From Nitrospirota bacterium (GTDB lineage Bacteria > Nitrospirota > UBA9217): DNA of 64,000 bases. The stretch covers positions 1,472,001 through 1,536,000 of the forward strand of contig CAVUCU010000001.1 of NCBI GenBank assembly GCA_963740085.1, read 5' to 3'. Below, in pieces: positions 29,077-41,005 of this stretch (its first letter is position 1; each line of letters opens with the position of its first letter). The translations under genes and the position numbers were made by a program. The notes beneath the pieces are model-generated. The model saw only the letters and a list, made by a program, of their open reading frames with translations. It did no database searches and had not been told where the DNA came from.

Positions 29077-29723
29077 TGTTCTTCTGACTTTTCTGTGGGT
29101 CACTTAATTGCATGTATCGCTTTTTATTCTTCATGAACAATCTGTTTCCTGAATGTTATCTAAGTTGGCGCTTGTCCCAGGTGTGCATTGATTTTTTTTG
29201 GGCAGCTCATCACTCGGCCACGCAGCATGCGGGGAAGATGTACAGTATCTCCACCCTGATATGCAGGACTCGCATCACTCCACCCTCACCCTTTAAAAAG
29301 GGTTCGGCCGCCTGCACCCAGCGTTTACGAGTGCTACGTCGCGAGTGCAGGGCGTGTCTGCCTTGTCGTGTTCTCGCAACTACGATCTGTGCAGCATTGC
29401 TATGCGTGTCTCTCACGTCAGAGCTACCCGGCGCAGGGGAACGGCAGAACTCTTTGCCTTTCCAGAACCCCCTGCATCCCATGAACAGGTTCGCGCACAA
29501 GCATGAGCATGCTGACACGATCAAAACAAGCACAAAGCCAGGCAGACACGGCCGAGCCCGTTCCCTTGGGCGAGGGGAAGTGCTGCGATGCTCGAAAGGC
29601 TTGTTATCAGTACCGGCAATCATGCCCTGCGCGGAGCTGTGAACTGGGGTGCAGAAAAAAGAGAATCCGACATTTGCTGCATTAAAACAGATAAAAGCGA
29701 CCCACACAAAACCCGGAAGACCC
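29077..29723. mobile_element. non-autonomous MITE-like element B, inverted relative to A
   Basis: 29690-29724 is the exact reverse complement of 25008-25042 (35 bp). The other end, TGTTCTTCTGACTTTTCTGTGGGTCACTTAA, matches A's right end, and the internal module is shared. No target duplication seen. Confidence 0.72.
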
Positions 29724-29770
29724 AAAAAACTCAACGTAACCACTCAGGCCGGTTGCCTTAGAGAACCGTA

Positions 29771-30688
29771 TCAGACGGATACCGAACACCGCGGATCAGG
29801 GGCGGTCAGGTCCCCGGAAAGGACCAGTGCCTGGGCCGGACAACCACCGTGGCATTGTCCATGAAACTCACAGGCCCGCTGCTGGCAGGCATTTCCGCGA
29901 AAGGTCCTGAAGAATACAAGCGCCTGGCTCCGCCAGATGGATTCGAAAGGATCGGTCAGGATGTTTCCCAGGAAGAATTCTTTTCTGCCGAAAAAAAGAT
30001 TGCAGGGATAAACCGACCCGTCCGGCATGATCCCAAGCTTCGTAGTGCCCGCGGGACATCTGACCTGCGAGAGCTCCGGAAGGTTTTTTGTATCAGGGAC
30101 GAAGCCGGAGCAGTAAACCGTATCGATAGGGTGCGGCGCGAACGACTGCGCGACAACCCTCATGAAGCGCGGAAACGGAACTGTTTCGCGGAGGTCCGCG
30201 CCGTCCAGGGCGTCACGATAGATCAGGTAGAACTTTTTCGGCTTCAGGGCGAGGATCTCGTCGATCATGCCGCGGTCCAGTCCGGCATGAAAGACCGACT
30301 TGATGACCGGCTTATGCCTTTCAATGAAGCCGCGGACCTGCTCAAGCGTATTACGGTCATTGATCGAGACCCCGGCCGAGACCGCCTCGCCGATCCGCAC
30401 GATTTCCGCGAGGGTCTGCAGGTCTGATCCGTTCGTACTGACGTTGACCGAGAATCCGCGCTCAACAGCCTCCCCGATCAACTTCACGATGTCCGGATGC
30501 ATTGTCGGCTCGCCGCCGATGATATCGAGTGTACCCACCGATATTCGCGCAAGCACATCGAGCATCTCCCTGAAGGCGGCGGGAGACATGTCCTCGACCG
30601 AAGGTAGGGACCGGTTAAAGCAGAACTCGCAGGCCCGGTTGCACCGCAGCGTGGGGTAGAATTGTATGTAGTCGGGACCGGTTCTCAT
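29771..30688 (-). CDS. radical SAM protein with SPASM domain
   Basis: CNRACEFC, GGEP, CPAG...I.PDG.VYPC and C...C.....C.GGC motifs. Confidence 0.9.
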   Translation of the reverse strand: MRTGPDYIQFYPTLRCNRACEFCFNRSLPSVEDMSPAAFREMLDVLARISVGTLDIIGGEPTMHPDIVKLIGEAVERGFSVNVSTNGSDLQTLAEIVRIGEAVSAGVSINDRNTLEQVRGFIERHKPVIKSVFHAGLDRGMIDEILALKPKKFYLIYRDALDGADLRETVPFPRFMRVVAQSFAPHPIDTVYCSGFVPDTKNLPELSQVRCPAGTTKLGIMPDGSVYPCNLFFGRKEFFLGNILTDPFESIWRSQALVFFRTFRGNACQQRACEFHGQCHGGCPAQALVLSGDLTAPDPRCSVSV

Positions 30689-30744
30689 AAGAGTATTCTT
30701 GTCACGGATCTACACGATCCGTGCTAATCGGCGTCCATCCGTGG

Positions 30745-31620
30745 TTACATGCCGTAGGTCCTTCCGTTCTTTTTGATGAACCCTTCTTTCGCGAGCAATA
30801 CGAGATTCGTCCTCACCCGCTCTTTGTCCATGCCGGTCTTTGCTGCAACTTGACCCAGCGTGAGGGGCGATTCTTTTACGAGAACCTTGATGATCCTGCC
30901 GCGGATCTGCCTGTTTGAATTCTCGAAAGGGCTCTGTTTTATATAGTGCGCGCTTCTCCGATTAGGATTGACCCGGTTTCTCTTGAGCATTGCCCCGTAA
31001 TCCATGAGTGCATTGTACCATTTCCTCGGATTCCCGGCATCCATCGTCTGTTCAACGAGCGGAGTTATTTCCGAATCCTGGATGTTCTCCCGGTCATGAA
31101 AGAACTCATGGATATATACCCGCCGGATGTTCGTGTCCATGAACACGACCGGCTCGTTAAAGGCAAATGCCGTGACCGCCCCCGCCGTATACCTCCCGAT
31201 CCCCGGAAGGGCGAGGAGCTTTTCAGGCTCTGACGGAAGCTTGCCTCGATGTTCTGAAACGACCAGTTGAGCGAGCGCGCGAAGCGCGAGAGCGCGGCGA
31301 TTGTACCCCAGTCCCTGCCACTGGGCGAGCAGCGTATGGAGCGGCGCGTCGGCAAGCGACGGGAAATCCGGGAACATCTTGATGAACCCCGCGTATTTTT
31401 CGATCACCCGTTCGACCTGCGTCTGCTGCAGCATGATCTCGGACACGAGGACCCGGTAGGGGTCCCTGGTCTTCCGCCAGGGGAGGTCGCGGCCGTGTTG
31501 GTCGTAATAGGCGTGGACCTTTTTTCGGAATACGCGGACCTGTACGGGAGTAAGGCGTTTTTGCATGATAAGCCTGTGCAAGACCGGATCTTTCTTGCCG
31601 GTTAGCGCTCTGACAGTCAA
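30745..31620 (-). CDS. A/G-specific adenine glycosylase (short MutY-like HhH-GPD)
   Basis: RDLPWR...PY.VLVSEIMLQQTQV, WQGLGYNRRA and LPGIGRYTA motifs; lacks the FeS-cluster Cys motif. Confidence 0.88.
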   Translation of the reverse strand: MTVRALTGKKDPVLHRLIMQKRLTPVQVRVFRKKVHAYYDQHGRDLPWRKTRDPYRVLVSEIMLQQTQVERVIEKYAGFIKMFPDFPSLADAPLHTLLAQWQGLGYNRRALALRALAQLVVSEHRGKLPSEPEKLLALPGIGRYTAGAVTAFAFNEPVVFMDTNIRRVYIHEFFHDRENIQDSEITPLVEQTMDAGNPRKWYNALMDYGAMLKRNRVNPNRRSAHYIKQSPFENSNRQIRGRIIKVLVKESPLTLGQVAAKTGMDKERVRTNLVLLAKEGFIKKNGRTYGM

Positions 31621-31629
31621 TTGGACTGG

Positions 31630-32277
31630 TTACCTTTTTTTGAGCAAGACATACAGCGCGCCGAGGCCGCCGTCGCACTGACGCGCGGTGACAAACGCTA
31701 TGATGTTCTTGCGGTAGCGGCCGGACAGTCGTTTGACAACCGCATTTTTGATTCGGGCGCCCTTGGTCGAGCGAAGCCCCCGGCCGTGAATGACCTTGAT
31801 GCAGCTCAATCCCCTTTTGTATGACTCCTGGAAAAAGGATTCAAGTTCCTCTTCCGCCTCGGGGACCGTGCAGCCATGGAGATCAATAAAGGCCTGGACC
31901 GAAACGTGTCCTTCATGAAGTTTCGCTATGAGTTCATCGCCATACTCCGGATTCGTCCACTCGACGTACTCCTGGGTATCCGGCAGGTGCATCGGCCGCT
32001 GTCCCGCGACGATCTCGTTCAGGATGGCAAGCGCTTCACGGTCGGGGTCGGCCTTGCCGATACGCAATGCACTCTTCTTCGGATGGTGGGCACAGGCCAG
32101 AGACCGGAACGCTTCGTTCTCCAGAACCTCATCCATGGCATGACTGAACAGCTCTTCTTCGGTAAAGTGTTCCTTTTTCTTCGGTCGGGCAGGAGCGGGC
32201 GAGGGAACGGCAGGCTGGGTTTCGATCTTTTTCTTGAGCTTCTCAAAGGGACGGATTGCAAAGATTTTATTGCTCAT
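31630..32277 (-). CDS. Smr domain protein
   Basis: IDLHG, VIHGRG and DGG.GALYV motifs. Confidence 0.9.
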   Translation of the reverse strand: MSNKIFAIRPFEKLKKKIETQPAVPSPAPARPKKKEHFTEEELFSHAMDEVLENEAFRSLACAHHPKKSALRIGKADPDREALAILNEIVAGQRPMHLPDTQEYVEWTNPEYGDELIAKLHEGHVSVQAFIDLHGCTVPEAEEELESFFQESYKRGLSCIKVIHGRGLRSTKGARIKNAVVKRLSGRYRKNIIAFVTARQCDGGLGALYVLLKKR

Positions 32278-32330
32278 GGAACACTCTCTCTGTGAATCTT
32301 AAGCGGAAACCCTGGAGATAAGGAAAAGAT

Positions 32331-32701
32331 CAGAGCGGGTCGTAAGCCGAGTTCTGTCCTCCCGGTTGCCCGGGAGTGGTGGTCATTTATCTGGGCCCTC
32401 GATTGCTCGAAGGCACGAGCGACCTACCCGGAAGTCTCGGACGGGCCGTCCTTACCCCCTTGCGGGGGACGCTTCCCTATGTGGTCTTGCTCCAGGCGGG
32501 GTTTTCCAAGCACCCGGCATCGCTGCCGGGTCTGGTGGGCTCTTACCCCACCGTTTCACCCTTACCCCTGTGCGGGGCGGTCTTCTTTTCTGTGGCACTG
32601 TCCATGGGGTCGCCCCCTGTCCCGTTTCGGGACCGCCTTGCCCTGCGGAGCTCGGACTTTCCTCCCCCCGTTTCCGGGGAGCGATCACCTCACCCGCTCT
32701 G
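32331..32701 (-). ncRNA. rnpB: RNase P RNA (type A)
   Basis: Minus strand has GAGGAAAGTCCGAGC..AGTGCCACAGAAA..ACAGAACTCGGCTTA, with P1 CAGAGCGGGT/ACCCGCTCTG. Confidence 0.97.
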
Positions 32702-32714
32702 AAATCAAAGAACG

Positions 32715-32806
32715 ATTGCAAAATGGAAATTGCAAAATGTAAAAGTCAAATTGATTGACTGAGCTTTCCCTTTTGCATTTTGCACTTTGCATTCTGCATT
32801 TTGCAC
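32715..32806. repeat. palindrome of 7-nt tandem units (TTGCAAA / TTTGCAT)
   Basis: ATTGCAAAATGGAAATTGCAAAATG.. opposed by TTTTGCATTTTGCACTTTGCATTCTGCATTTTGCAC. Confidence 0.7.
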
Positions 32807-33020
32807 TATCGAAGCTTTTCATCTATCGCCTTATTTGCGAGCGCATCCGCATCCTTGTTCATTGCCCGTGGAATGTATTGTACCTCAACCCTGCCGACCT
32901 TTGCAATCAGTTCCTTGGCCCGGGAATGCAATGGTTTCAGGCCTTCGTTCTTCACTGTATCGAGCCCGTTGATCTGCCTGACAAGAGCCCGGAGTTTGCC
33001 AAAGAAAACGTAATCACGTA
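32806..33020 (-). pseudogene. ribonuclease HI-like C-terminal remnant
   Basis: LVRQING..VKNEGLKPL...YIPRAMNKDADALANKAID is the RNase HI C-terminal half; the N-terminal catalytic part is missing. Confidence 0.7.
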
Positions 33021-33182
33021 ATCGGCGAGACATTACGCAAACAGTGCTATTTAATTTATTTTGTGATTTCTGTGCCTTCTGAGGCTAACGCTCTTTTTGA
33101 ATTTTAGAAAAGGTTGAGCGGTGAGATGAGCAATTGGAAATACGGACATTCGTTCCTGTCGCGTCCTTCGCGAACGTTGCGA

Positions 33183-33908
33183 TCAGGCGTTTTTTTGCAT
33201 GATCGTTTCTTTAAAGTACAGAATGCGGCCGCAGTTCGGGCAGGTAATGATGCTCTCGTTTTTCTTGACGTTCACGTATACCTGGGGCGGGATGCTCATG
33301 TAGCAGCCGGAGCAGGACTCACCGCGCGCCTCCGCAATGGCGATGCCCGCCTTGGTGCCGAGCAGCTTCTGATACTGCGTGAGTACCGGTTTCGGTATGC
33401 GGGCAATCACCTTCTGCCGTTCCTCCTCGATCGCCTTCAATTCCTCTTCAAGCTTCGCAAAGTCGGTTTCATGCTGATTCTGCTCGACCTGGATCTCAGC
33501 CGCTTCTTCCTTGGCCCGCTGCTCGGCCGCAGTTATCTGTCCCGCGGCAGCGTCGATCTTCTCCATCAGCCCGAGGATGTCGTCTTCGACCGCTTTATTC
33601 TCCTGCTCTGCAGCTTCGATCTCCTTGAGAAGGGCCTGATACTCCTTATTATTCTTGATCTCGGAGGATCGCGTCTTGAGCTTCTCGACCTTCTGGACCC
33701 CGGTCTCAAGGTCCTTGTCCCGGTCGCGTTTGACCTTCTGCGCCGCCAGGAGCGCCTCTTGCACCTTGTCCAGATTATCGTTTATGGAAACGCGCCTAAG
33801 CTCGAGGGTTGCCAGCGCCTCGGGTAGGCGATTTTTTTGCGCGATATGCGTCCGTATCTTCGCGTCGATTTCCTGAAGCTGTATGAGCAGGCTGAGCTTC
33901 TCTTCCAT
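33183..33908 (-). CDS. C4-type zinc-ribbon coiled-coil protein
   Basis: Long coiled coil, then CSGC and CPNCGRILY; start placed at MEEKLSL after GGAGG. Confidence 0.9.
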   Translation of the reverse strand: MEEKLSLLIQLQEIDAKIRTHIAQKNRLPEALATLELRRVSINDNLDKVQEALLAAQKVKRDRDKDLETGVQKVEKLKTRSSEIKNNKEYQALLKEIEAAEQENKAVEDDILGLMEKIDAAAGQITAAEQRAKEEAAEIQVEQNQHETDFAKLEEELKAIEEERQKVIARIPKPVLTQYQKLLGTKAGIAIAEARGESCSGCYMSIPPQVYVNVKKNESIITCPNCGRILYFKETIMQKNA

Positions 33909-34047
33909 AGAAACCTCCAAAAATAAAAAATGCGCCTTATGGCGCATTTTTATAGTTTACTGTTCGTTCTTCCTCCGGTCAACAGTGATGGATAAAGGTG
34001 TATTCGCGTTACCGGACATCTGCCGTCTTCCCTTCAATCGAATAGGT

Positions 34048-34123
34048 TGGTGGGCCCACCAGGGCTCGAACCTGGGACCAACCGGTTATGAGCCGGTAGC
34101 TCTACCAGCTGAGCTATGGGCCC
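34048..34123 (-). tRNA. tRNA-Ile2 (CAT anticodon, lysidine type)
   Basis: GGGCCCATAGCTCAGCTGGTAGAGCTACCGGCTCATAACCGGTTGGTCCCAGGTTCGAGCCCTGGTGGGCCCACCA. The GGGCCC acceptor stem and position after rpoD favour Ile2 over Met. Confidence 0.9.
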
Positions 34124-34304
34124 CACAATACTGCAAAATCCAAATTACCAATACTAAACTACAAACAATATTCAATGACCAAATTGCAATAATCATGGTT
34201 TGGAACCTGCAGCTTGGTTATTGGTGTTTAATATCTGCTGCACAACGACTGTGTATATTGACACAACCCGCGACAAATGTCAAGGCTGGCGCGTCCGGGG
34301 TTGC

Positions 34305-36107
<1,803 letters not shown>

Positions 36108-36192
36108 ACTGTGGTGCTCCTTTGTGTAAAATGTACACCTGTTCACGATCACGAATGCAATACCGCGCATCGCGCGCGGGGCGCGTGACCGC

Positions 36193-37977
36193 CTAACTCC
36201 CCAATCCGGGGATCCTCCTGCCTGCCCTGCGTCCTAACTGGTTCTGCTCCTCAAGCAACCGGCGATATTCCACCCAATCTTCTTTAGCGGCCGCTTCGTC
36301 GATAGCCTTGAGCAGGAACTTCATCTTTTTCTCCGGGTCCTTCTGTTTTATCAAATCAATGCAGTCACGGCATGATTTTGCCTGATCATCATACACCATC
36401 TCGAGCACGGAATAATGCAAAATCAGGTTTTTGATTTCATCGTCTCCATCCTGGATCAAGGCGCCGACATCGAACCTGCCCTGATCATCCAGGGCGCCGA
36501 AAATTCGCTTCGCAGTACGCTGAAACAGAGGGTCGGTAAAATCCTCCGGCTTCATCTGATCCTTCAAGCTCAGGGCTATCGCCGCATCCTTGAGCATCAG
36601 GTGAATAAGGGTCTCTTCGGCCCGGGGCCGATGGCCCCGGGCCGCTGCCGGCGCCTGTTCTCCTGTTGAATGATGAATCATGCCTTTTGCCTGCCTCGGC
36701 ATTTCCTGCCTCAAAACTCCCTCGTCCAGATCCAGGGCCTCCGCGGTCCGCTTCAGATAGTGGTCCCGTTCGATCCCGCTCTGCAGTCTGGCGATGAATC
36801 CGAGCATCTCGCCGGCCTTTTCCACCTTTTCATCGATGGAAGCAGCGTGACCGCCCTTCACCACCTGGCCGAGCACAAAGTCCATGAACTTCTCCGACTT
36901 CCTCAGGCAGGAAGCGAATGCTTCGTAGCCGTTCTTCTTCAGGAACGTGTCCGGGTCGTCATTGTCGGGAAGCGAGACCACGTTCACCTTCATTCCGCTC
37001 GATACGAACAGGTCGAGGCCCCGCATTGCGGCCTTCACGCCCGCCGGATCAGGGTCGAAGATAAGAACCAGGTTCTGCGCAAACCGCCGCATGAGCCGGA
37101 GATGCCCTTCGGTGAGCGCCGTGCCGAGCGTGGCCACCGCGTTCTGGGCGCCATATTGATGGCACGCGATCGCGTCAAGATATCCCTCAACGATGATGAA
37201 ATACTTCTGCTTGCGCGCGGGCTCCTTTGCCTTGTCCAGGCAATAGAGCACGTTGCTCTTGCTGTAGAGCGGGGTCTCCGGAGAGTTAAGATATTTGGGC
37301 AGTGAGTCGTCCATTACCCGGCCGCCGAAGGCGATGACGTTCCCGGAAATATCACGGATGGGAAAGATGATCCTGCCCCGGAACCGGTCGTAGTAGCCCT
37401 CACCCTCGCTGCGCTTGACGATGAGCCCGGCCTTCTCCATCTGGCTGAAGGCGTATCCCTTGTGCTTGAGCTCCTTCAGCAGGCCGTCCCACTCGTGCCT
37501 GGAAAAACCGAGCGCGAAATCCTGAACAACCTGGTCGGTCACGCCTCTTTTTTTCAAATAGGCCCGGGCTGCATTGCCCGCAGGTCCTTCGAGCTCTTTC
37601 CTGTAGTAGCTCGACGCATCAGCAATGATCGTGAGGAGCGCCTTGCGCTCGTCCTCGGCCTTCTTGTCTTCCCTGCGCGACCCGCTGTCAGCCGGAAGCG
37701 GTATTCCCGCCTTGCCCGCCAATTGCCTTACGGTCTCGGGAAAGTTGAGGCCCTCCTGCAACTCGAGGAACTTGAACACGTCTCCGCCCGCACCGCACCC
37801 GAAACAATGGAAGATCTGCTTTTCCGGGTTCACGTTGAACGACGGCGTCTTCTCAGCATGAAAAGGGCAGAGCCCAAGGTGGTTCTTCCCCGTCTTTTTG
37901 AGGGACACATATCCGGAGATAAGATCAACAATGTCAACGCTGTCCCTGACCCGGCTTATGATATCTTCGGAGAACAC
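36193..37977 (-). CDS. dnaG: DNA primase
   Basis: [11 protein letters not shown] zinc finger, KYLNSPET and VEGYLD motifs. Confidence 0.97.
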   Translation of the reverse strand: MFSEDIISRVRDSVDIVDLISGYVSLKKTGKNHLGLCPFHAEKTPSFNVNPEKQIFHCFGCGAGGDVFKFLELQEGLNFPETVRQLAGKAGIPLPADSGSRREDKKAEDERKALLTIIADASSYYRKELEGPAGNAARAYLKKRGVTDQVVQDFALGFSRHEWDGLLKELKHKGYAFSQMEKAGLIVKRSEGEGYYDRFRGRIIFPIRDISGNVIAFGGRVMDDSLPKYLNSPETPLYSKSNVLYCLDKAKEPARKQKYFIIVEGYLDAIACHQYGAQNAVATLGTALTEGHLRLMRRFAQNLVLIFDPDPAGVKAAMRGLDLFVSSGMKVNVVSLPDNDDPDTFLKKNGYEAFASCLRKSEKFMDFVLGQVVKGGHAASIDEKVEKAGEMLGFIARLQSGIERDHYLKRTAEALDLDEGVLRQEMPRQAKGMIHHSTGEQAPAAARGHRPRAEETLIHLMLKDAAIALSLKDQMKPEDFTDPLFQRTAKRIFGALDDQGRFDVGALIQDGDDEIKNLILHYSVLEMVYDDQAKSCRDCIDLIKQKDPEKKMKFLLKAIDEAAAKEDWVEYRRLLEEQNQLGRRAGRRIPGLGS

Positions 37978-37978
37978 G

Positions 37979-40363
37979 TTATTTTTTCAACTCCGCCACG
38001 GTAACGCCTGCTCCGCCTTCGGCCGGTTCTCCCGGCCGTATGGCAGTGATCAGCGGATGGTCCTTGAGAAACTTCGTTACTGCTGTCTTGAGCGCGCCGG
38101 TCCCCAGGCCATGGATAATGGTCACGACGGTCAGGTTGCTCATTCCGACGCGATCAAGGAATCGGTCCACTTCGGCCAGGGCCTCATTCACGCGAAGGCC
38201 AAGGAGGTTCAGCCGATCCAGCGGTCCTTCTTCCTCGTGGAGCTCGGCGCCCCAGCCCGGCGCCCGGCTCGCTTTCTGCCCTTGCGGAACAGGATCGAGC
38301 GGAATGACCTCGCCCGAGGGGAGCCTGATCTTTTTTCCGTCAACCTCGATCTCGATCATGCCCGAGTGAAAGCCGAGCACGGTACCGGTTTTGTTCACTC
38401 TCGCCAGCTTTATCCGGTCGCCCCGGTGAAGATCGGTCGCCGGCGAGGAGGCAGTCTGCCGTTCCAACTCAGCGGGTTGCAGTTTTTTCGCCAGCGCCTC
38501 GACCTCCGAGGCCGTTGTCCTGATGTCTGTCTGCTCCCGCACCGCTGCGCGTGATAGTTCCCGGAGCTTGAGGCGAAGGGAAGACAGTACCTCCCGCGCC
38601 TCTTCTTTTGTTTTGGTTTTTACCTCACGGGCCTCTTCTTTCGCCGCCCGGAGCAGGGATTCCGCTTCGATCCGCTCCTGTTTCGCCGCCGTACGATCCT
38701 GTTCAAGCAGCGCCCGCTCCGATGCGAGCAGACGGGAATCATCCTCCACCTGTTTGAGCAGCGTCTCAAGCCTGATATCGTCCTCGCTGATCCGGGCCCG
38801 CGCGCGATCGATCACCTCGTCGGGAACACCCAGTCTGGTTGCCATATCCAGGCCGTAGCTCCTGCCCGGCCTTCCGGGAATGAGCCGGTACGTGGGCTTG
38901 AGCGTCTGCGGATCGAACTCCATGGCCGCGTTCACGGCGCCGCTTGTCTGCGAGCCAAAAAGCTTAAGCGCCTTGTGATGTGTGGTCACCAGGGAGATAC
39001 AACCGCGCTCGATCAGGTCCTCGAGTACCGCCGCGCCGAGTCCCGCACCCTCGTTCGGGTCCGTGCCGGACCCGAGCTCGTCCAGAAGCACGAGGGAATC
39101 CCGGTCAGCCTGACGAAGGATCTTCGCGATCTGTCTCACATGGGACGAAAAAGTGCTCAGGTCATCTTCCAGGCTCTGCTCGTCGCCGATATCAGCGAAG
39201 ACCGAGCCAAAGCACGGGAGCTCGCTGCCTTCGTTCGCGGTCACCGGTATGCCGGATTGTGCCATGAGGGAAAGTAGTCCCACGGTCTTCAGGATGACCG
39301 TTTTACCTCCGGCGTTCGGGCCGCTCAGGATCAAAGCACGGTCCCTGCTGCTCAGTTCAATATCATTCGTCGTTACGCTCTTGTTGTCGATTGCATTTTT
39401 GAACTTGACGGCCAGAAGCGGGTGCCGCGATGCCCGGAGCCGGATGGTTCGATTTGACGACAGTGTCGGCACGGTCCCCTCATACTCGATCCCGAACCGT
39501 GCCCTGGCATATACCGCGTCGATCCCGGCAAGGGCCTCGACCGTGTCCTCGATCGCGTCCGCATCCCGCGTCATGAGGGAGGTCAACTCACGCAGGATGC
39601 GCTCGATCTCATCCCGCTCTTCCATGCGGAGCTCCGCAAGACGATTGTTCTGTTCCAGGATCTCAAGGGGCTCGACAAAAAGTGTGGATCGGGAGCCGGA
39701 TTGCCCGTGTACAACACCTTTCAGGCTCTGCCGGAAGTTGGGTTTGAGCGGCAGCACATACCGGTCGTCACGTACGGTGATCACCGGTTCCTGGATCACC
39801 TTCTGAAAACCACTCTCCTGCAGGATGCCGGACATGCGGCCCAGAATGTCCTCGCGCGTCCGCACGATCTGTTTGCGCACTTTTCGGAGCGCCGGGCTGG
39901 CTGAGTCCCTGACCTCGGCCTTATCATCGATCGAGGAGAAAACCGCGTCTTCTATCTGCTTGAGCTGCCGTATCTTTGCTGCCTGTGCGCACAGGAGCGG
40001 GGCCTGATGCTTCACCCCCGTCCCCTTTCCTTCAAAACGCTGGAAAAAATTTTTTATCCGCCTGCCCGCACCAAGGGTCATCGCCATGTTCAAGAGCTCG
40101 AGCGGGGAAAGCATGCCGCCTTCCACCCTCAGCTTTTGGATGGATCCTCGTACGTTCAGGATATTGTCAAGCGGAGGGGCTTCGTTGCTTCGAAGAAGGT
40201 GTATGAACTCGCTTGTCTCCTGGAGCCGGGACTCGACGATCCCGGCATCAACTGCGGGAAGAAAGGCGAGAACAGCGTCCCTCCCTGCTTCCGATGCCGC
40301 GAATCCGGAAACGATGTTTGTTACTTTGTCATACTCCAGCACTCTCAGGGTATGGTCATTCAT
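37979..40363 (-). CDS. mutS2: endonuclease MutS2
   Basis: GPNAGGKT, DIGDEQS...LSTFS, DELGSGTDP.EG and a C-terminal Smr domain (IIHG.GTG). Confidence 0.95.
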   Translation of the reverse strand: MNDHTLRVLEYDKVTNIVSGFAASEAGRDAVLAFLPAVDAGIVESRLQETSEFIHLLRSNEAPPLDNILNVRGSIQKLRVEGGMLSPLELLNMAMTLGAGRRIKNFFQRFEGKGTGVKHQAPLLCAQAAKIRQLKQIEDAVFSSIDDKAEVRDSASPALRKVRKQIVRTREDILGRMSGILQESGFQKVIQEPVITVRDDRYVLPLKPNFRQSLKGVVHGQSGSRSTLFVEPLEILEQNNRLAELRMEERDEIERILRELTSLMTRDADAIEDTVEALAGIDAVYARARFGIEYEGTVPTLSSNRTIRLRASRHPLLAVKFKNAIDNKSVTTNDIELSSRDRALILSGPNAGGKTVILKTVGLLSLMAQSGIPVTANEGSELPCFGSVFADIGDEQSLEDDLSTFSSHVRQIAKILRQADRDSLVLLDELGSGTDPNEGAGLGAAVLEDLIERGCISLVTTHHKALKLFGSQTSGAVNAAMEFDPQTLKPTYRLIPGRPGRSYGLDMATRLGVPDEVIDRARARISEDDIRLETLLKQVEDDSRLLASERALLEQDRTAAKQERIEAESLLRAAKEEAREVKTKTKEEAREVLSSLRLKLRELSRAAVREQTDIRTTASEVEALAKKLQPAELERQTASSPATDLHRGDRIKLARVNKTGTVLGFHSGMIEIEVDGKKIRLPSGEVIPLDPVPQGQKASRAPGWGAELHEEEGPLDRLNLLGLRVNEALAEVDRFLDRVGMSNLTVVTIIHGLGTGALKTAVTKFLKDHPLITAIRPGEPAEGGAGVTVAELKK

Positions 40364-40396
40364 TCCGGGGACTGGCGCATTTTCAGGCGAAAAAAA

Positions 40397-40428
40397 TCAG
40401 GGAGCCCGGTCTTCATGGCCCCCTGTTC
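40397..40428 (-). terminator. hairpin between yqeY and mutS2
   Basis: CAGGGAGCC..GGCCCCCTG followed by a T-tract on the minus strand. Confidence 0.5.
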
Positions 40429-40474
40429 AGCCCTGGAGTGATATCTCACACACCACTGCGCGAGAAACAGTTCT

Positions 40475-40918
40475 TTACCCCAATGCGTGTTTGACAAGCT
40501 CACTCACCAGCTTTCCGTCCGCCCGTCCGCCCACCAGGGGAATGAGCGCCTTCATGACTTTGCCCATGTCCTTGGCTCCCTGCGCGCCGGTCTGGGCTAC
40601 CGCATCCCGGACCATCACCTCTATCTCTTCGCGTGACATTTGCTGCGGCAGATATACTTCGAGCACTGCAACCTCTGCCGTCTCTTTATCCACGAGGTCC
40701 TGCCTGCCACCCTTGCCAAACTGTTCGATCGAATCTTTCCGCTGCTTAATGAGAGAGCGTACGGTTTCGGCCACCTCTTCTTCGGTGAGCGGCCGCCGCT
40801 TGTCGATCTGTTTGTTCTTGAGGGCCGCGCTCAACATCCTCAGGGTAGAAAGCTTGTCTTTGGCGCCGGACTTGAGGGCGTTTATTATATCAGCGTCGAC
40901 TTTCTCTCGTAAACCCAT
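40475..40918 (-). CDS. GatB/YqeY domain protein
   Basis: KQRKDSIEQF..GGR.DL..KE and DMGKVMK motifs. Confidence 0.93.
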   Translation of the reverse strand: MGLREKVDADIINALKSGAKDKLSTLRMLSAALKNKQIDKRRPLTEEEVAETVRSLIKQRKDSIEQFGKGGRQDLVDKETAEVAVLEVYLPQQMSREEIEVMVRDAVAQTGAQGAKDMGKVMKALIPLVGGRADGKLVSELVKHALG

Positions 40919-41005
40919 TCACCCTCGCATTAACCTGTTAACCAGATGATCTTTCCATCGTTGTCATCGCTGGCGTTACCTTGTTCAATATCACGCACTT
41001 CCGCG

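Noticed and set aside
27085-29175. Integron attC-like reading of the GCCAAC/GTTGGC motifs at the MITE inner ends
   Set aside because: They do not fit RYYYAAC/GTTRRRY properly, and no integrase or cassette array is present.
29069-29731. Target duplication around element B, or around A and B as one composite transposon
   Set aside because: B's flanks (ATTTATTT / AAAAAACT) do not match. AAAAAACT is 7/8 like AAAAGACT, but A already has its own perfect duplication.
24995-29743. ORFs 24995-25285, 26770-27102, 29112-29642 and 29210-29743
   Set aside because: They lie in the palindromic repeats, lack an RBS or recognisable domains, and are similar only because the DNA repeat is shared.
29771-30688. 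Radical SAM/SPASM as a RiPP maturase
   Set aside because: No adjacent precursor peptide, PqqD domain or exporter; it sits downstream of housekeeping genes.
34048-34123. tRNA as an integration site for an island or prophage
   Set aside because: No integrase and no duplicated tRNA 3' end in the window.
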